Origin: Cyanidioschyzon merolae
Lineage: Eukaryota
Strand: one strand, 5' to 3'
DNA length: 64,000 nt
NCBI GenBank assembly: GCA_000091205.1
Contig: AP006484.2
Below the pieces are notes generated by a model. That model made no database searches. It saw nothing but the letters and a program-made list of their open reading frames with translations, and was not told the origin of the DNA. Of this stretch, positions 20,267 through 32,350 are shown piece by piece. The first letter of the stretch is position 1. Each line of letters begins with the position of its first letter. Position numbers and translations under genes: made by a program.

Positions 20267-22062
20267 AGCGTTGCCAGCACGTCTCCTCAGAGAGGCGCAC
20301 TGTGGATTCCATCGATCGATACGGAGCTTTCCGGGGCGATCCGTCTACGGGGCAGCGCCTCGACGAGCTACGAACTAGGGAGGCAATGCCCGCTACTATT
20401 TGTGTCGTTTGCAGCTTGCTATCTATCTCGTGAGGAGACCGGGTTTGGGGTTAGCCGAACGTAGAGGTATCTGGAGAGCAACGGTGGTCTTTTGCCTGGT
20501 TATAAGCAGGAATTGTGCGCACAGGGGGGTTCTGGTTAGAATTATCCGTTTTATAGGGTTTAAAAACGCTTGCTGCGGGAGACCTAGCCGTAGCAGAAGC
20601 TGCGTCGGTAGCGTAGACGACTGTAGCAGCGGCTGCTGCAGTCTTGCATGGGGTAAGGCTGGTAATACAGACGACGACAACGGCTGTGACAGTCGCAAGC
20701 ACGTGTCGAGCAGAGCCTAGCGAAAGTGAGCGCCTCGGCTTGTACAGACGTCCACCAGGGACGCGACAGTCGTCTAGTGAGTCGAATCTTCGATCAAACC
20801 GACTGAGTTTGAGGGCAGGCCTACGTATCTGTGAGAAGGAAGCAGGGCCGCTCGGCGCCTTATATACTGTGCGAATCCAGCGCGGCCTTTGTTTTCAAAC
20901 AAAGGTACCCCTGAGTGGTACCCAGTTGTGTGTGCGCTGAAACGCCCTCGACAGCAGCGTCCACCACGAGAACGTCGGGGGTGTGCAGTTTGCGAAGGAG
21001 TGCAGGCCTGTCTGCGACGAACTGAGGTCGTTTCCGGGCAGCTACAGGCCGGTCTTGCTGCCAAGCGTTGGCTGCATCAACTCGGAGGACTCCGCCTCAG
21101 TATTGGACGCTGGGCGCAGAATAACCATAAGGTGGAGTTTTCGGACGAGTGTCGCAGTGGCAACGGAGGCTCCAGCGCCTCTCAGAACAAATCGAGGTCG
21201 CGACAGGCCCACAGCGTCCTCGTTGCTCGTCTACGTCGCACGAGACCCGACCAATTGAGTAGTTCTGGTTCCACGGAGGGAATTACACTGCGGAGCTGCT
21301 GGCCACGCGACCCCGCATCACATCTCCTGAACACTGACGGCAGGGCGCTGGCTCTTGTCGTTTGTTTGGCTCCAGAGTTCCGCAGCAAGTATAGAGCTCG
21401 CACTAGGAAATAAGCGGGTACTGCGCTGGTACCCTGACATCTTGGACTGTACAGAAGAGCGCAGTGTGGAGCTGCGTTTCCGACTTGCGTACTGGACCGA
21501 CGCAACGCCCCCGAGTGTGTGCCTGCGATCCCATGCACAGGGTGTTATCCTTGTGTTCGTTTGTTTCTGCCGCGCTAGACGTGACTTGTTTGCATATCGA
21601 CCCATAACTGAGCCCACTACGCGGAACGCCGCCAGACGCAAAATTATCTGCGCCAAGACTGCATTTTCCCCACGTCTTCGCAGCCGCTTGCAGGAACGAG
21701 CACGTCAACCGTCGCGAACGAAGCATCTTTACCTGGACGCATCGCGGACGGAGTGCGCTGGACTGCACGCGCTCACAGCCTCTAGACTGCAAACCTGACG
21801 GATCAGAGGCGCTGCGCCACTCCAGCGCTTCCGAGGCGGCAGGGGTCAGCTCCCGGTGAATACAGGCCAGTAGCTACGATTAAGGTACCCACGCATCTAC
21901 ATAGCAAGCGAGGAAGGGAGACTTCCGAGCAGTTAAGAATTGAGATTAGGCAAGCGTAGATTTCGTGAAACCCCATCACTGCACCAAGGCGGGCATCCAG
22001 ACGATCAGACAGGTACGCATTGACACCAGACACGTGTAGGCAGGGCGCTGCGGGCGCACCCA
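20267..22062. promoter_or_regulatory. 1.8-kb GC-rich divergent intergenic region between CCT3 (minus) and the JmjC gene (plus); presumed bidirectional promoter and 5' UTRs, with an unannotated ncRNA not excluded
   Basis: Sits between divergent ATGs at 20266/20224 and 22063. It holds only Arg-rich short ORFs of 174 aa or less with no protein-like composition. Confidence 0.2.
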
Positions 22063-24267
22063 ATGATGGCGGAGCGTTCACCAATCATCGACGCCATCGA
22101 GGATGCGCAGCGGCCGCTTGTGACCTCCGATTCCGAGATGCGTGCTCGTGACGTGTCAGCGCACGCATGCAGACAGCACGGACACGTGCTGCGGCATACG
22201 ATGCAACGTGTCCCTGCTCGTGTTGAGCTTCCCGAAATGCCGATAGGTGCGAACGACGCATTTACAGCTGCTGAAATATATATAACACCATCATCCATAT
22301 CCGAAAGCGTACCAAGTTCGTGCACATCCTGCGCGACAGCGTCAGCGTGCGACGCAGAGACGCGAAGGCTCGCCGCTATCGCGAAAAGAGGGCGCGCTAC
22401 AAGCCCCTGCGGTGAGCGCTCTTCACAGATGCTCCCGGCGGGTAGAATGCCAGCGAGTAGTGCGGCACCAGCAGCGCCCGAGACGCTCGACTCGATGCCA
22501 TCGTATCCACCCGATCCCGGTCCCGATCCACGGAGCGCTGCGAATAGCATTGGTGCTTCCACCAATGTCGCATCTCACAGCGAGCACAGCGCTTGCGGGT
22601 GCTTGGCTACAGATCAGGACACGAAACCTGAAAACCAGCGCACCACCAGTACGCGGTTCTGCATATGTCGCCAGCCGTACGACGCGCGCCGCAACGGCAT
22701 CATGGTAGCGTGCGACAACCCGACCTGCGCGTACGGCTGGTTCCACATCTCTTGTCTATTTCTGGACGTTTCACGTGTGCGGGCATCTAAGACCTTTATT
22801 TGTCGGTTCTGCTCCGGGACAGGGACGGACCTATTCACTCCAGTGCAGCGACCGAAACGCCCGCGGAGCCAGCATGGACGTCCGGCCGTCACCGATTACG
22901 CCCGCCTCCATGAGGGCGATATAGGCGGTGCCCTGCGGGGCGGCACCTGCGCCGGCGCTCTGAGCGAGGCGGCACGAGCGGCCGCTGAACGCCGGGCTCA
23001 GAGCTGGGCGAAGAACGCCACCAGCGACGCTGGCGGGCTAGCGGCGCATCTGGGGATACTCGTCTACGGCACCGGTGGCGAATTGCAGCGCATGCCCGAT
23101 GCGCCCTGTGTCGTGCTCGATCCCGACGGGCTCGACATGCACATTCCACATCGTGCTTACCATCCCGAGGAGGTCGGGCGCGAGTACGGACTTGAGCGTC
23201 ATTGCGAAGTGCTGGATGTCGCGAGCCAGAGTGAGCTGCATCCCCGCTGGAGCCTGGGGCAGTACCTGGATTACCTGGCAACCGCGCCAGCGTTACGTCA
23301 GCGGGTGCTGAACCTCATCTCCTTGGAGATATCACGAACACCGACAGGGCGAGCGTTCGTGGTGCCGGCGCTGATTCGCCGAGCGGACTGGGCGTCGCTG
23401 TATCCGGAGCCGCGCCCGCATGTTGATAAGTACTACCTTCTGAGCGGCACTGGATCGTGGACCTCGTGGCATATAGACTTTGGCGGATCGACGGTGTTCT
23501 ATCACGTGCTGCGCGGGAAGAAGCGCTTCTACATGTCACCGCCTACAGAGCGCCATCTGCAGCTCTACGAGCGGTGGCAGCGGGATCCGCAACAGGCGCT
23601 GCGTGAGCTAGACTTTGTTGAGGAGCTGAGCCCTATTGCCGTCATTGACCTCGACGCGGGAAACACGTTGTTCATTCCGGCGGGATGGCTGCATGCTGTG
23701 TACACCCCAGCGGACAGCGTTGTGCTGGGAGGCAACATTCTCCACCTGGGCGGCGTTGTCATGCAGCACCGCGTGTTCCAGATGGAGAACCGTCTACGCG
23801 TCTTACCCAAGTACCAGTTCCCGCTGTTTCGAGAGCTTCACTGGCTAGCGCTCCGACAGTATGCCCTTGCACTGCGAGAGGCGCGCACTCCCGGAGCGGT
23901 TTTCCAGACGAGTGCTGTGCACAGCGAACGCCAGCACCTGCGCTGGCTAGTGAAGCACTTGCGAGATCAGTTACATAACGCCTTGACCAGCGCGCCCGCT
24001 GAGTCTCCGAACCCAACCGAACTGCATACGCTGTTGCGGGACCGCATCGGGCTCCCCAGGAGGGTCCAGCTCGCGGACGTGCAGCGCTGGCTGGGCGTTT
24101 TGGAGGAGGCACTGGATACGGCCCACGAGCACGCACCCGAGTCGACAAAGGCCGAACGGAAGCGGACAAGGCGGTTTGAGAAACAACTCCGCCCGAGTCC
24201 CAGCGCTGACGCACTGGACGCGGCGCCCTGTCGCTCGACTCGGATTCGTTCAGAAAAGCGCGTCTGA
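22063..24267 (+). CDS. PHD-finger plus JmjC-domain histone lysine demethylase (PHF8/KDM7/JHDM1-like), 734 aa
   Basis: PHD C4HC3 finger: FCICRQPY..MVACDNPTCAYGWFHISCL..FICRFCS. JmjC catalytic core: YYLLSGTGSWTSWHIDFGGSTVFYHVLRGKKRFYMSPP (HxD) ... LFIPAGWLHAVYTP (second His). The Fe(II)-ligand triad is intact. Confidence 0.8.
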   Translation: MMAERSPIIDAIEDAQRPLVTSDSEMRARDVSAHACRQHGHVLRHTMQRVPARVELPEMPIGANDAFTAAEIYITPSSISESVPSSCTSCATASACDAETRRLAAIAKRGRATSPCGERSSQMLPAGRMPASSAAPAAPETLDSMPSYPPDPGPDPRSAANSIGASTNVASHSEHSACGCLATDQDTKPENQRTTSTRFCICRQPYDARRNGIMVACDNPTCAYGWFHISCLFLDVSRVRASKTFICRFCSGTGTDLFTPVQRPKRPRSQHGRPAVTDYARLHEGDIGGALRGGTCAGALSEAARAAAERRAQSWAKNATSDAGGLAAHLGILVYGTGGELQRMPDAPCVVLDPDGLDMHIPHRAYHPEEVGREYGLERHCEVLDVASQSELHPRWSLGQYLDYLATAPALRQRVLNLISLEISRTPTGRAFVVPALIRRADWASLYPEPRPHVDKYYLLSGTGSWTSWHIDFGGSTVFYHVLRGKKRFYMSPPTERHLQLYERWQRDPQQALRELDFVEELSPIAVIDLDAGNTLFIPAGWLHAVYTPADSVVLGGNILHLGGVVMQHRVFQMENRLRVLPKYQFPLFRELHWLALRQYALALREARTPGAVFQTSAVHSERQHLRWLVKHLRDQLHNALTSAPAESPNPTELHTLLRDRIGLPRRVQLADVQRWLGVLEEALDTAHEHAPESTKAERKRTRRFEKQLRPSPSADALDAAPCRSTRIRSEKRV

Positions 24268-24535
24268 GCATGTATGAACGTTGCATATACGTGAAAGAGA
24301 CAAATTGTTGGACGGGTGTGCCTGTGACCGCGAGGCAGGCCTTTGCGAGCAAAAAGCGAATAAAGGATAGCGTCGAATAGGCTGCGGAAGCAACGCGGCC
24401 GTATCGCGAACATGCTTCACGGTATCGCAGTCATGGAATGCACAGCATACAATCTACGCAGCGGCGTACCACGGATCAAAGATCGAATTCTCACTCAACT
24501 TGTCCCACGCATGCGGTTCTTATTCACCAATGCCA

Positions 24536-25994
24536 AAAAATGGAACTTGTGAAGGTCACCATTAGCCAAGTACAACCGTTCCCACTTTCTATAGACGAAA
24601 TTCCAGCCTCACTGGATACCTGATCGCAGCATACCAGTCCCGTGATTCGGACGGGAATCCAATGCCTTCTCTCCCGGCAATTGACTTTCGCATCGCATGT
24701 CGCTAGCCTTCCAGCGCACTGCCTGCACACACGGAGTACTGAACGGCTCTTTTCGATACTCGCTCAACACAGCGACGCTGGACGCTCCGCAGGCACAAGA
24801 CGTTTCCCGATGCTGATCGAGGCGCTCGAGTCCGCTGCATCGCGTGCTTGCGTGCTTTGTTCTTGCCGGTGGATTCACAGCCAGGCAAGCCGCTCGCCTT
24901 CGATCGTCTCGCCATGTGATGATCAACCAGCGTACCGAGCGCCAGCTCGTGTATCTGGCTCTGTTTCTGCACGCTTCCTCTTCACGTGTAGTTGCGAGCC
25001 CCAGTGCCTGTGATGCGTGTACGCCGTCCAGAACGCTTCGCTGGGAATCACACAGAATCGCTTCCTGTTCTCGATAAAGTGCCCAGGGCGTCGAGACCGA
25101 TCCCGAAGGCGTCCTTCCACCTGTCGCGATGCCTGCTGGCGTCCACCAAGCCCGACGCCAGACGAGACCGAGTAATGGCGACGCTGAGCCGCCCCATCAT
25201 GTCTCCGCTCAGGTCTCTGGCTTCGTCCTGTCCCACTGCTTGGCCGCTCTTGTGTTCGGGGCATCGACGCTGTCGATGAGCAGTGCAGAAGCGTATGAGA
25301 TGAAGAAGCCGCATCGTTTGCCCGACGGAGGATGGTGTTTCATACAATTCTATCGACTTGGCGATTTGTAGGCGACCGCACGCGTGACCTGTCGCGGGGT
25401 CCGCTGTTGTCGCTGGTCATGTTCGATTCTTCTTCACGAGCCGCAGTCTTGGCAGGCATCGGGTACCCTTGTACAGTTCTGCAATGCAGTCCGAACGAGG
25501 TCTCATCGCGTGAGACAAGGGCTCGTCGCTCCTGCTACAAGCTGTTGCGTTTCAGTACGAAGTGAGTCATGTTTTGTTCGGCGCGCGACACGCTCGCCCA
25601 GAAGCACGTTTTTCCGTTGGCCACTCACATCCCTTTATCACAGCTCGTATAAACGGTACGGAAACACGAGACCCTTTGGAGGCTTTGGTAGCATTTGGCA
25701 GCGTATGTGTGGAGTAGAATGGACTGAGGGGACCGACGTCGTGCAAGCAGAGTCTGATACTTTCTTTTTCGGATACATGACGTTCTGAACGAGGACTAGG
25801 AAGAGAATAGCCTATGCACCTGCCGACAGCAGAGTGAGTGACTTGACGAGACCGCGGTCCGTTTTTCGCGAGCGATCAGTAAAAGTATCGAGTCTTTTTG
25901 CAACCTTTCTCCTTGTTACAAGACGTATTCGTTTTATTGAAAGCTTTCGATGAAAATCGAACGAAAACAAGAGCGGTTTGCCGGTACTAGTGTT
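24536..25994 (+). repeat. left arm of a large inverted repeat (about 1459 bp)
   Basis: It is the reverse complement of 28314-29772. Boundaries were found by direct comparison: aaaaatggaacttgtgaaggtcacc at the outer end, and ccggtactagtgtt at the inner end against aacactagtaccgg. Track ORF translations on the two arms are identical or near-identical: 25384..25788 equals 28520..28924, and 25332..25565 equals 28743..28976. Confidence 0.85.
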
Positions 25995-28313
25995 ACCTAA
26001 ATACTGTTCTGGATAAGACAATAGCGCCACAGTGGATCCACGGGGAGACTCATCAATCGTGAACCATGGTAAGCAAAAGGCGTCCACAATGTTTGTGCCA
26101 GAGATGTTCTTCCATGGCCAGCGCATTTATCGACATTGCAGCGAACGCCTCGAAGAGGCTCGACATGCAGCTTTTCCCTGAATGCAGCGATCCTTCAATC
26201 CTGATGGGAAGCATGGTTCACGCTCATCAGTTGGAAAGGCCTCCCTAGCGACGCGATCGTCGTTGTCCCAACCACTGGCGGTAGCCGCGCACGCCATGCG
26301 GTGGAACGCACAGAGACTCAATGGATTGATGCCATGAAAAATAACTACAGCAAACCCACTAAGGCGTTCAGTCGAGATACTATAAGTTTTGTATTGAGAA
26401 GATCAAACGTGTACATAACCATGAATGTAAAACCGAATAATGTTGTGTACTGTCTTGGATCCGAGCGAGACCAATCGATTCGCGGAAACGCCGCCAAACA
26501 GAATAAGAGCGTCAGCCAAGCCCAGCTCCGTGCTCGAGTCAGGAGCGCGAGCGCTCCGAAAAACGTCGCCAACAGGCTATAGACTGCAGGCGGCGGCGCT
26601 ACAGTGTGTTCGCGTCGAAATATAACTAGTTCGCTTGGTCTTCTGGGGTCGTCTCTACTCGGCATTCTGTGAAAACAAAAAGTTGCTTTGCTGAGGCACT
26701 GGGAGGAATGCACGCTCAGAGACGCTCACACGCAGAACGGGCCTCAGTGGAAATCGTCTTGTTTCGTGCACGGTGTACAAAAGCCTACCAGCGTCTCCCT
26801 GAAGCGCAAAAGCTGCCGGCTCTGAGGGTATAAAACGTCACGGTTTCCGCGGACGCGTCCCCGTTGCACTGCCTGCAGAGCGACATCCGACCGCACTCCT
26901 GCGGATACGAATGCGCGCGCGCTAGCGCCTGTCCACCGCGTGCTCTGGATGGGAAACGGTGTTCAGTGAGCGAGCGATCGCTGACGTCCGTAGATCGTTT
27001 TTCCTCATAGGTGCGGGATCAATGCATTTAGACCGATTCCCTGCGGATTTTCAATTGATGGGGGCCAGCACGGAAGGTACCTTCTTTCTTGTGCAGGCAC
27101 TCCGAGATTCCATGGACCCGGACCTCTCTTCCAGTCGCTGAAGGGGTTTCGCGTGATCCAGCGACTCAGCGGGTGAAGAGCCTTCATGAAGCGCTTGATG
27201 CAACTCCAAGTGTGCCATGACGGCTACTCTTGCCGTAAGCAAACAAAAATATTTTATGGTGATCATGCAGTGTCGGTTAGAGGCGTCGCAGCTTCTGCAC
27301 AAGTGCAGCATTGCCGAAAAAGCGCTGCTCCCGGAAGAAACCTTTATCACTGCGCTAGTGAATTCATTATTCGGACGAGCGCAGGTGACCTACAGATGAC
27401 CACGTAATACACATCTGAGACTTTATATCGGCATCGGGTTAGAAGAAACCGTTGTATTTCGTTGCATCAGGTATTGGGGCACCTCCAGAGTGCAATGCAC
27501 TGCTTCATGCGGGTGCGATTACGGAGGACGGCGCTCCTCTACACAATAAGCCCGCATTTGCTTATCAGAGAAAGTGCTGGATGATGCCCAGGACTGGCAA
27601 AGCTATGCCATCAAATACGGAACGAGGGTTTATGCTACATTTCTAACTTTCCCATTTGGGCAAGCCTGCATGCAGACCGATAGTGCAAGCGCCCGAAATT
27701 TCTGCGTTGATAGCCGGTACTTGCTTTCGATCCCATTCTATGCATAGAAGCCCTGAACCGCACTCTTTGGGTTTGGCATTCGCTAGAGTGGAGTTCTTGA
27801 TGAGATTCTATCAATAGACCTGCTCCAGCGGTAGTGGACTGGACGAATATACAGAATAGAATGAATCGTGGCACCCTAATAGCGAAGCATGACAGGGTAT
27901 TTTTTCCTCCGTTTTGCTTCGAATCAGCAAAGAAGCATATTCCCAGCTGTCTGAGGTATATTTCAGAGACGGTATTCTGCCGTGCTCACGTGGACACATC
28001 TTCTACAATGGAGAACGCACAGTGATCACCGATTCGGACCTGTCGATAGCTGTTTCACTGGACCACAACAGATCAAATGGCAATTCACAAATATGCTTTG
28101 GCATCAAAATAATTATCAGTGCATGCTTTCCGCCCGAATGGACGGCCTCGCATCAGAACTTCGGCCGGAAGATGGTGCTTGATGTTGTTCGCATTAATGG
28201 GAGCATTGCTGGCCCTAGTATGCATTCGCAAAAGGAACCTTGCCTGGTAGCTGTACTTAAGTCACGCATGCGACGGTCAGTTTGCAGCTGGGACTCAGAA
28301 AAGTGATTGCAGG

Positions 28314-29772
28314 AACACTAGTACCGGCAAACCGCTCTTGTTTTCGTTCGATTTTCATCGAAAGCTTTCAATAAAACGAATACGTCTTGTAACAAGGAGA
28401 AAGGTTGCAAAAAGACTCGATACTTTTACTGATCGCTCGCGAAAAACGGACCGCGGTCTCGTCAAGTCACTCACTCTGCTGTCGGCAGGTGCATAGGCTA
28501 TTCTCTTCCTAGTCCTCGTTCAGAACGTCATGTATCCGAAAAAGAAAGTATCCGACTCTGCTTGCACGACGTCGGTCCCCTCAGTCCATTCTACTCCACA
28601 CATACGCTGCCAAATGCTACCAAAGCCTCCAAAGGGTCTCGTGTTTCCGTACCGTTTATACGAGCTGTGATAAAGGGATGTGAGTGGCCAACGGAAAAAC
28701 GTGCTTCTGGGCGAGCGTGTCGCGCGCCGAACAAAACATGACTCACTTCGTACTGAAACGCAACAGCTTGTAGCAGGAGCGACGAGCCCTTGTCTCACGC
28801 GATGAGACCTCGTTCGGACTGCATTGCAGAACTGTACAAGGGTACCCGATGCCTGCCAAGACTGCGGCTCGTGAAGAAGAATCGAACATGACCAGCGACA
28901 ACAGCGGACCCCGCGACAGGTCACGCGTGCGGTCGCCTACAAATCGCCAAGTCGATAGAATTGTATGAAACACCATCCTCCGTCGGGCAAACGATGCGGC
29001 TTCTTCATCTCATACGCTTCTGCACTGCTCATCGACAGCGTCGATGCCCCGAACACAAGAGCGGCCAAGCAACGGGACAGGACGAAGCCAGAGACCTGAG
29101 CGGAGACCTGATGGGGCGGCTCGGCGTCGCCATTGCTCGGTCTCGTCTGGCGTCGGGCTTGGTGGACGCCAGCAGGCATCACGACAGGTGGAAGGACGCC
29201 TTCGGGATCGGTCTCGACGCCCTGGGCACTTTATCGAGAACAGGAACCGATTCTGTGTGATTCCCAGCGAAGCGTTCTGGACGGCGTACACGCATCACAC
29301 GCACTGGGGCTCGCAACTACACGTGAAGAGGAAGCGTGCAGAAACAGAGCCAGATACACGAGCTGGCGCTCGGTACGCTGGTTGATCATCACATGGCGAG
29401 ACGATCGAAGGCGAGCGGCTTGCCTTGCTGTGAATCCACCGGCAAGAACAAAGCACGCAAGCACGCGATGCAGCGGACTCGAGCGCCTCGATCAGCATCG
29501 GGAAACGTCTTGTGCCTGCGGAGCGTCCAGCGTCGCTGTGTTGAGCGAGTATCGAAAAGAGCCGTTCAGTACTCCGTGTGTGCAGGCAGTGCGCTGGAAG
29601 GCTAGCGACATGCGATGCGAAAGTCAATTGCCAGGAGAGAAGGCATTGGATTCCCGTCCGAATCACGGGACTGGTATGCTGCGATCAGGTATCCAGTGAG
29701 GCTGGAATTTCGTCTATAGAAAGTGGGAACGGTTGTACTTGGCTAATGGTGACCTTCACAAGTTCCATTTTT
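28314..29772 (-). repeat. right arm of the large inverted repeat (about 1459 bp), ending 44 bp upstream of the NUS1 ATG
   Basis: See left arm. A few substitutions are visible in the paired translations, for example PPHHVSAQVSGFVLSHC against PPHQVSAQVSGFVLSRC, so identity is high but not perfect. The outer edge degrades over a further ~20 bp. Confidence 0.85.
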
Positions 29773-29815
29773 CGGGACTCGTGAGATTATCCGCCAAAAG
29801 GGACTGCTGCCGCCG

Positions 29816-30637
29816 ATGCGATGCGCTCTCGAGCCATGCACGTCAGCGAAGCGCGCGTTCCCTAGGCCCCACATTGCATCCGGGGTTTCTTTCTCTAAAC
29901 GCTTTGTCAAGGACATAAACCTCTCCGTTTATCTGTCTGGGCTCGACATACGAAGGAGATTTCGTCACCATTTGAAGCAAGAGACTGAAGCGCTATCGAG
30001 GTCGCCTCGGCGCATGCACTTCCAGGGCGCTCCGGCAGGGTCGGGGTCTCCGACCCGCTCAATGGTTTCACTGCCCAGGGTGTTTTCTTCTAGTAGAGAC
30101 CACGCTCAAGGTGTATTGTTTTGGATCTTTATTTTACTGATTGCCACTTTGGAGCGCTTGCGGTGCCTCGGTCGAGATCTTCGCCGACGCTGGCGAACCG
30201 CGCCGCTCAAGCACACGCAACTGCAATCGTTTCCGTCGCACGTCGCACTCCTCGGTAACGAAGCAGCGCTTGCGTCGATCACGAAACACCTAATAGGACG
30301 CGGTGTTCAGAGAGTTACTGTGTTTGATCCGGGCAAAAGGGAGCAGCGAGGGCGCCTTGGCAGGGCAAGCACTCCAGCGAGGCTTGTTCTGGGCCCTGCA
30401 GACGCCACACGTCGCCGTATTGTGGCCATGACGGTAGACCAGCGCGAGCGCATCAGCGATAACAGAGCCTTCTACGATGAACCAGACTTGCTACTCACCT
30501 TGGATGGGCATCTTCACGGGTATCCGGCCACGGCGCTGCGCGTTACGCACCTCCACCGGCTTGCGAATCCGAGTTTATGGGCGGTAGATGAGGCGCTTCG
30601 TCTCTACTTGACAACTGAACGTCGCCAAGGTCGATGA
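29816..30637 (+). CDS. NUS1: NUS1 / Nogo-B receptor-like subunit of dehydrodolichyl diphosphate synthase (cis-prenyltransferase); true start may be an internal ATG
   Basis: C-terminal LHGYPATALRVTHLHRLANPSLWAVDEALRLYLTTERRQGR matches the NgBR/Nus1 C-terminus pattern L.GY.PW.IRLTE...LP......A..EAL..Y...E.R.G. There is an N-terminal hydrophobic segment VLFWIFILLIATL. Single ORF. Confidence 0.6.
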   Translation: MRCALEPCTSAKRAFPRPHIASGVSFSKRFVKDINLSVYLSGLDIRRRFRHHLKQETEALSRSPRRMHFQGAPAGSGSPTRSMVSLPRVFSSSRDHAQGVLFWIFILLIATLERLRCLGRDLRRRWRTAPLKHTQLQSFPSHVALLGNEAALASITKHLIGRGVQRVTVFDPGKREQRGRLGRASTPARLVLGPADATRRRIVAMTVDQRERISDNRAFYDEPDLLLTLDGHLHGYPATALRVTHLHRLANPSLWAVDEALRLYLTTERRQGR

Positions 30638-31642
30638 GAGGGCACCTGACTCGATCGCCAGCGCATCGTGCTGCCCGCAAGGTACCTGGCTATGCACTGC
30701 AAAGTATGAAACAACGTTTACTCAGCTTGGGGCTTCAGTGTCGTGTCACGAAGATTTTCACGATGAGCTTGCACGGATCACGAAAAAAGGGCGAACAATG
30801 CGCAATCACTGCGCCGAATTCTGGAATCCCTCGACCATGAACAAGGGCGACCTCCAGGCCCACCTATCAATGCAAAAGCTACAGGTCACCTGTCGTGCTC
30901 TGAATTCATATACAAGCGAGAAGCATTCTACGTGCGAGGGCATCAGCGCCCTAAGTATTCTTTAGCTATTGCTTGAATACAGAGGTCGCCGGGGAGCGCG
31001 CTAGCGAGGTCGCTGGACATCGCCATGCGGTGCAAGCCTCCTTCTACAATACGAATTCGATGCAGCTTCGCACACTCTGATGGAAGTGCACATGCTGCCG
31101 GAGATCGCACCTTCAACCTTACCTCTTCTGCGAACGCAACCATGTTTTATAAATCCGGGAGAAGCGTCCCTGAAAACAACGGAGGCTTGATCAATGCATC
31201 GACGCAGCGAACGTCGCACGGAGACAGGACGGTATGACGCCAAGGCCTCCAAAGACGTGAGCTACGGGGAACGCACGACGCTGTTCGGGACAGCGCTCGT
31301 TGTGCTGGTCTGTGCTCCGACATGCTGCGCACACAGAATACCCATCCCGCATTCTAGATTCCACGTACAACGTAAACGTGTTGTCATCGGAAACAGAGCG
31401 CCGAATCGCCGCGTGGCGATCGCCCCGCCGCTACGCGTCCACTGGTGCGCGTCCAGGTGTGCCGTACGCTGGTCGGCACCTAACGTGACGACTGCTTGGG
31501 TGTCCGTCACGGACGACGTGGAGCAGGCGTTTCAGACGGGGATTCGAGAACTTGTCGCGAATTGCGAGCGATCAAGCGAAATACTGCTTCAGGGTGCCGG
31601 TAATACTGGGAACATCGTTACCAGGCGTGACCTGAGCGAATT

Positions 31643-32350
31643 ATGCCTCGATCAAAGCGTGCACGCCGCTTGGCGTTGCACGGCACAACAACGAAGACGC
31701 GGCAAGAGAAAGCGAAAATGATCGAGCTCGTTCGATCCTTTCTCCCGCCCAAGCATACCAAAATCTATGTTTTCGAATACGGTGATATTCGAAACCAATC
31801 GCTGAAAGAGTTTCGAGAGGAGGTGAAACGGCTTCCGGAGGGCGGTGGTCGGCTCTTTCTCGGTTCGAATAGAGTGTTGCAGGTGGCGCTGGGCCGTTCG
31901 CCTGAGGAGGCGCTGGCGCCCGAACTGCACCAATTAGGGGAAAAACTTCGGGGGAAACGCGGGCTTCTGTTCTGTAGTGCACCTCACGTCTTGGTCCAGG
32001 AACTTTTCGCGAACTTTGAACGCAGAGAGTATGCACGTGCCGGTACCATCGCGCCAGAAGACGTTCGTTTGGCGGTTGGGGAACCACTTGAAGACCTCCC
32101 GGCATCGTCAGGCCCGAAACTACGCGAACTTGGCTTGCCTATTAGCCTCCGTGGCGGCCGTCTCTTCTTGGATGTGATCGCTGGACCGGATAAGCACTTT
32201 CTGATTTGCTCGAAAGGAGAGATTCTCAGCGCCGAGCAATGTGTTCTCCTGAGAATGCTCGGCATTCGATTGGCGACGGCTCGCCTTCATCTCCGTTACC
32301 GTTGGGATGCAGAGCATTGCAAAGTGGAAGAGCTTGGCGACCAGGAGTAG
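31643..32350 (+). CDS. MRT4: mRNA turnover protein 4 (MRT4, ribosomal P0-like pre-60S factor), 235 aa
   Basis: MPRSKRARRLALHGTTTKTRQEKAKMIELVR..KIYVFEYGDIRNQSLKEFREEVK..GSNRVLQVALGRSPEE..LHQLGEKLRGKRGLLF..EYARAGTIA..LRELGLPISLRGG matches MRT4 [79 protein letters not shown]. Confidence 0.85.
   Translation: MPRSKRARRLALHGTTTKTRQEKAKMIELVRSFLPPKHTKIYVFEYGDIRNQSLKEFREEVKRLPEGGGRLFLGSNRVLQVALGRSPEEALAPELHQLGEKLRGKRGLLFCSAPHVLVQELFANFERREYARAGTIAPEDVRLAVGEPLEDLPASSGPKLRELGLPISLRGGRLFLDVIAGPDKHFLICSKGEILSAEQCVLLRMLGIRLATARLHLRYRWDAEHCKVEELGDQE

Noticed and set aside
20889-21798. ORFs of 174 and 147 aa in the CCT3 to JmjC intergenic region
   Set aside because: Extremely Arg-rich with no motifs. More likely UTR or promoter sequence.
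31194-31721. 175-aa plus ORF ending inside the MRT4 start
   Set aside because: Out of frame with MRT4 and not protein-like.
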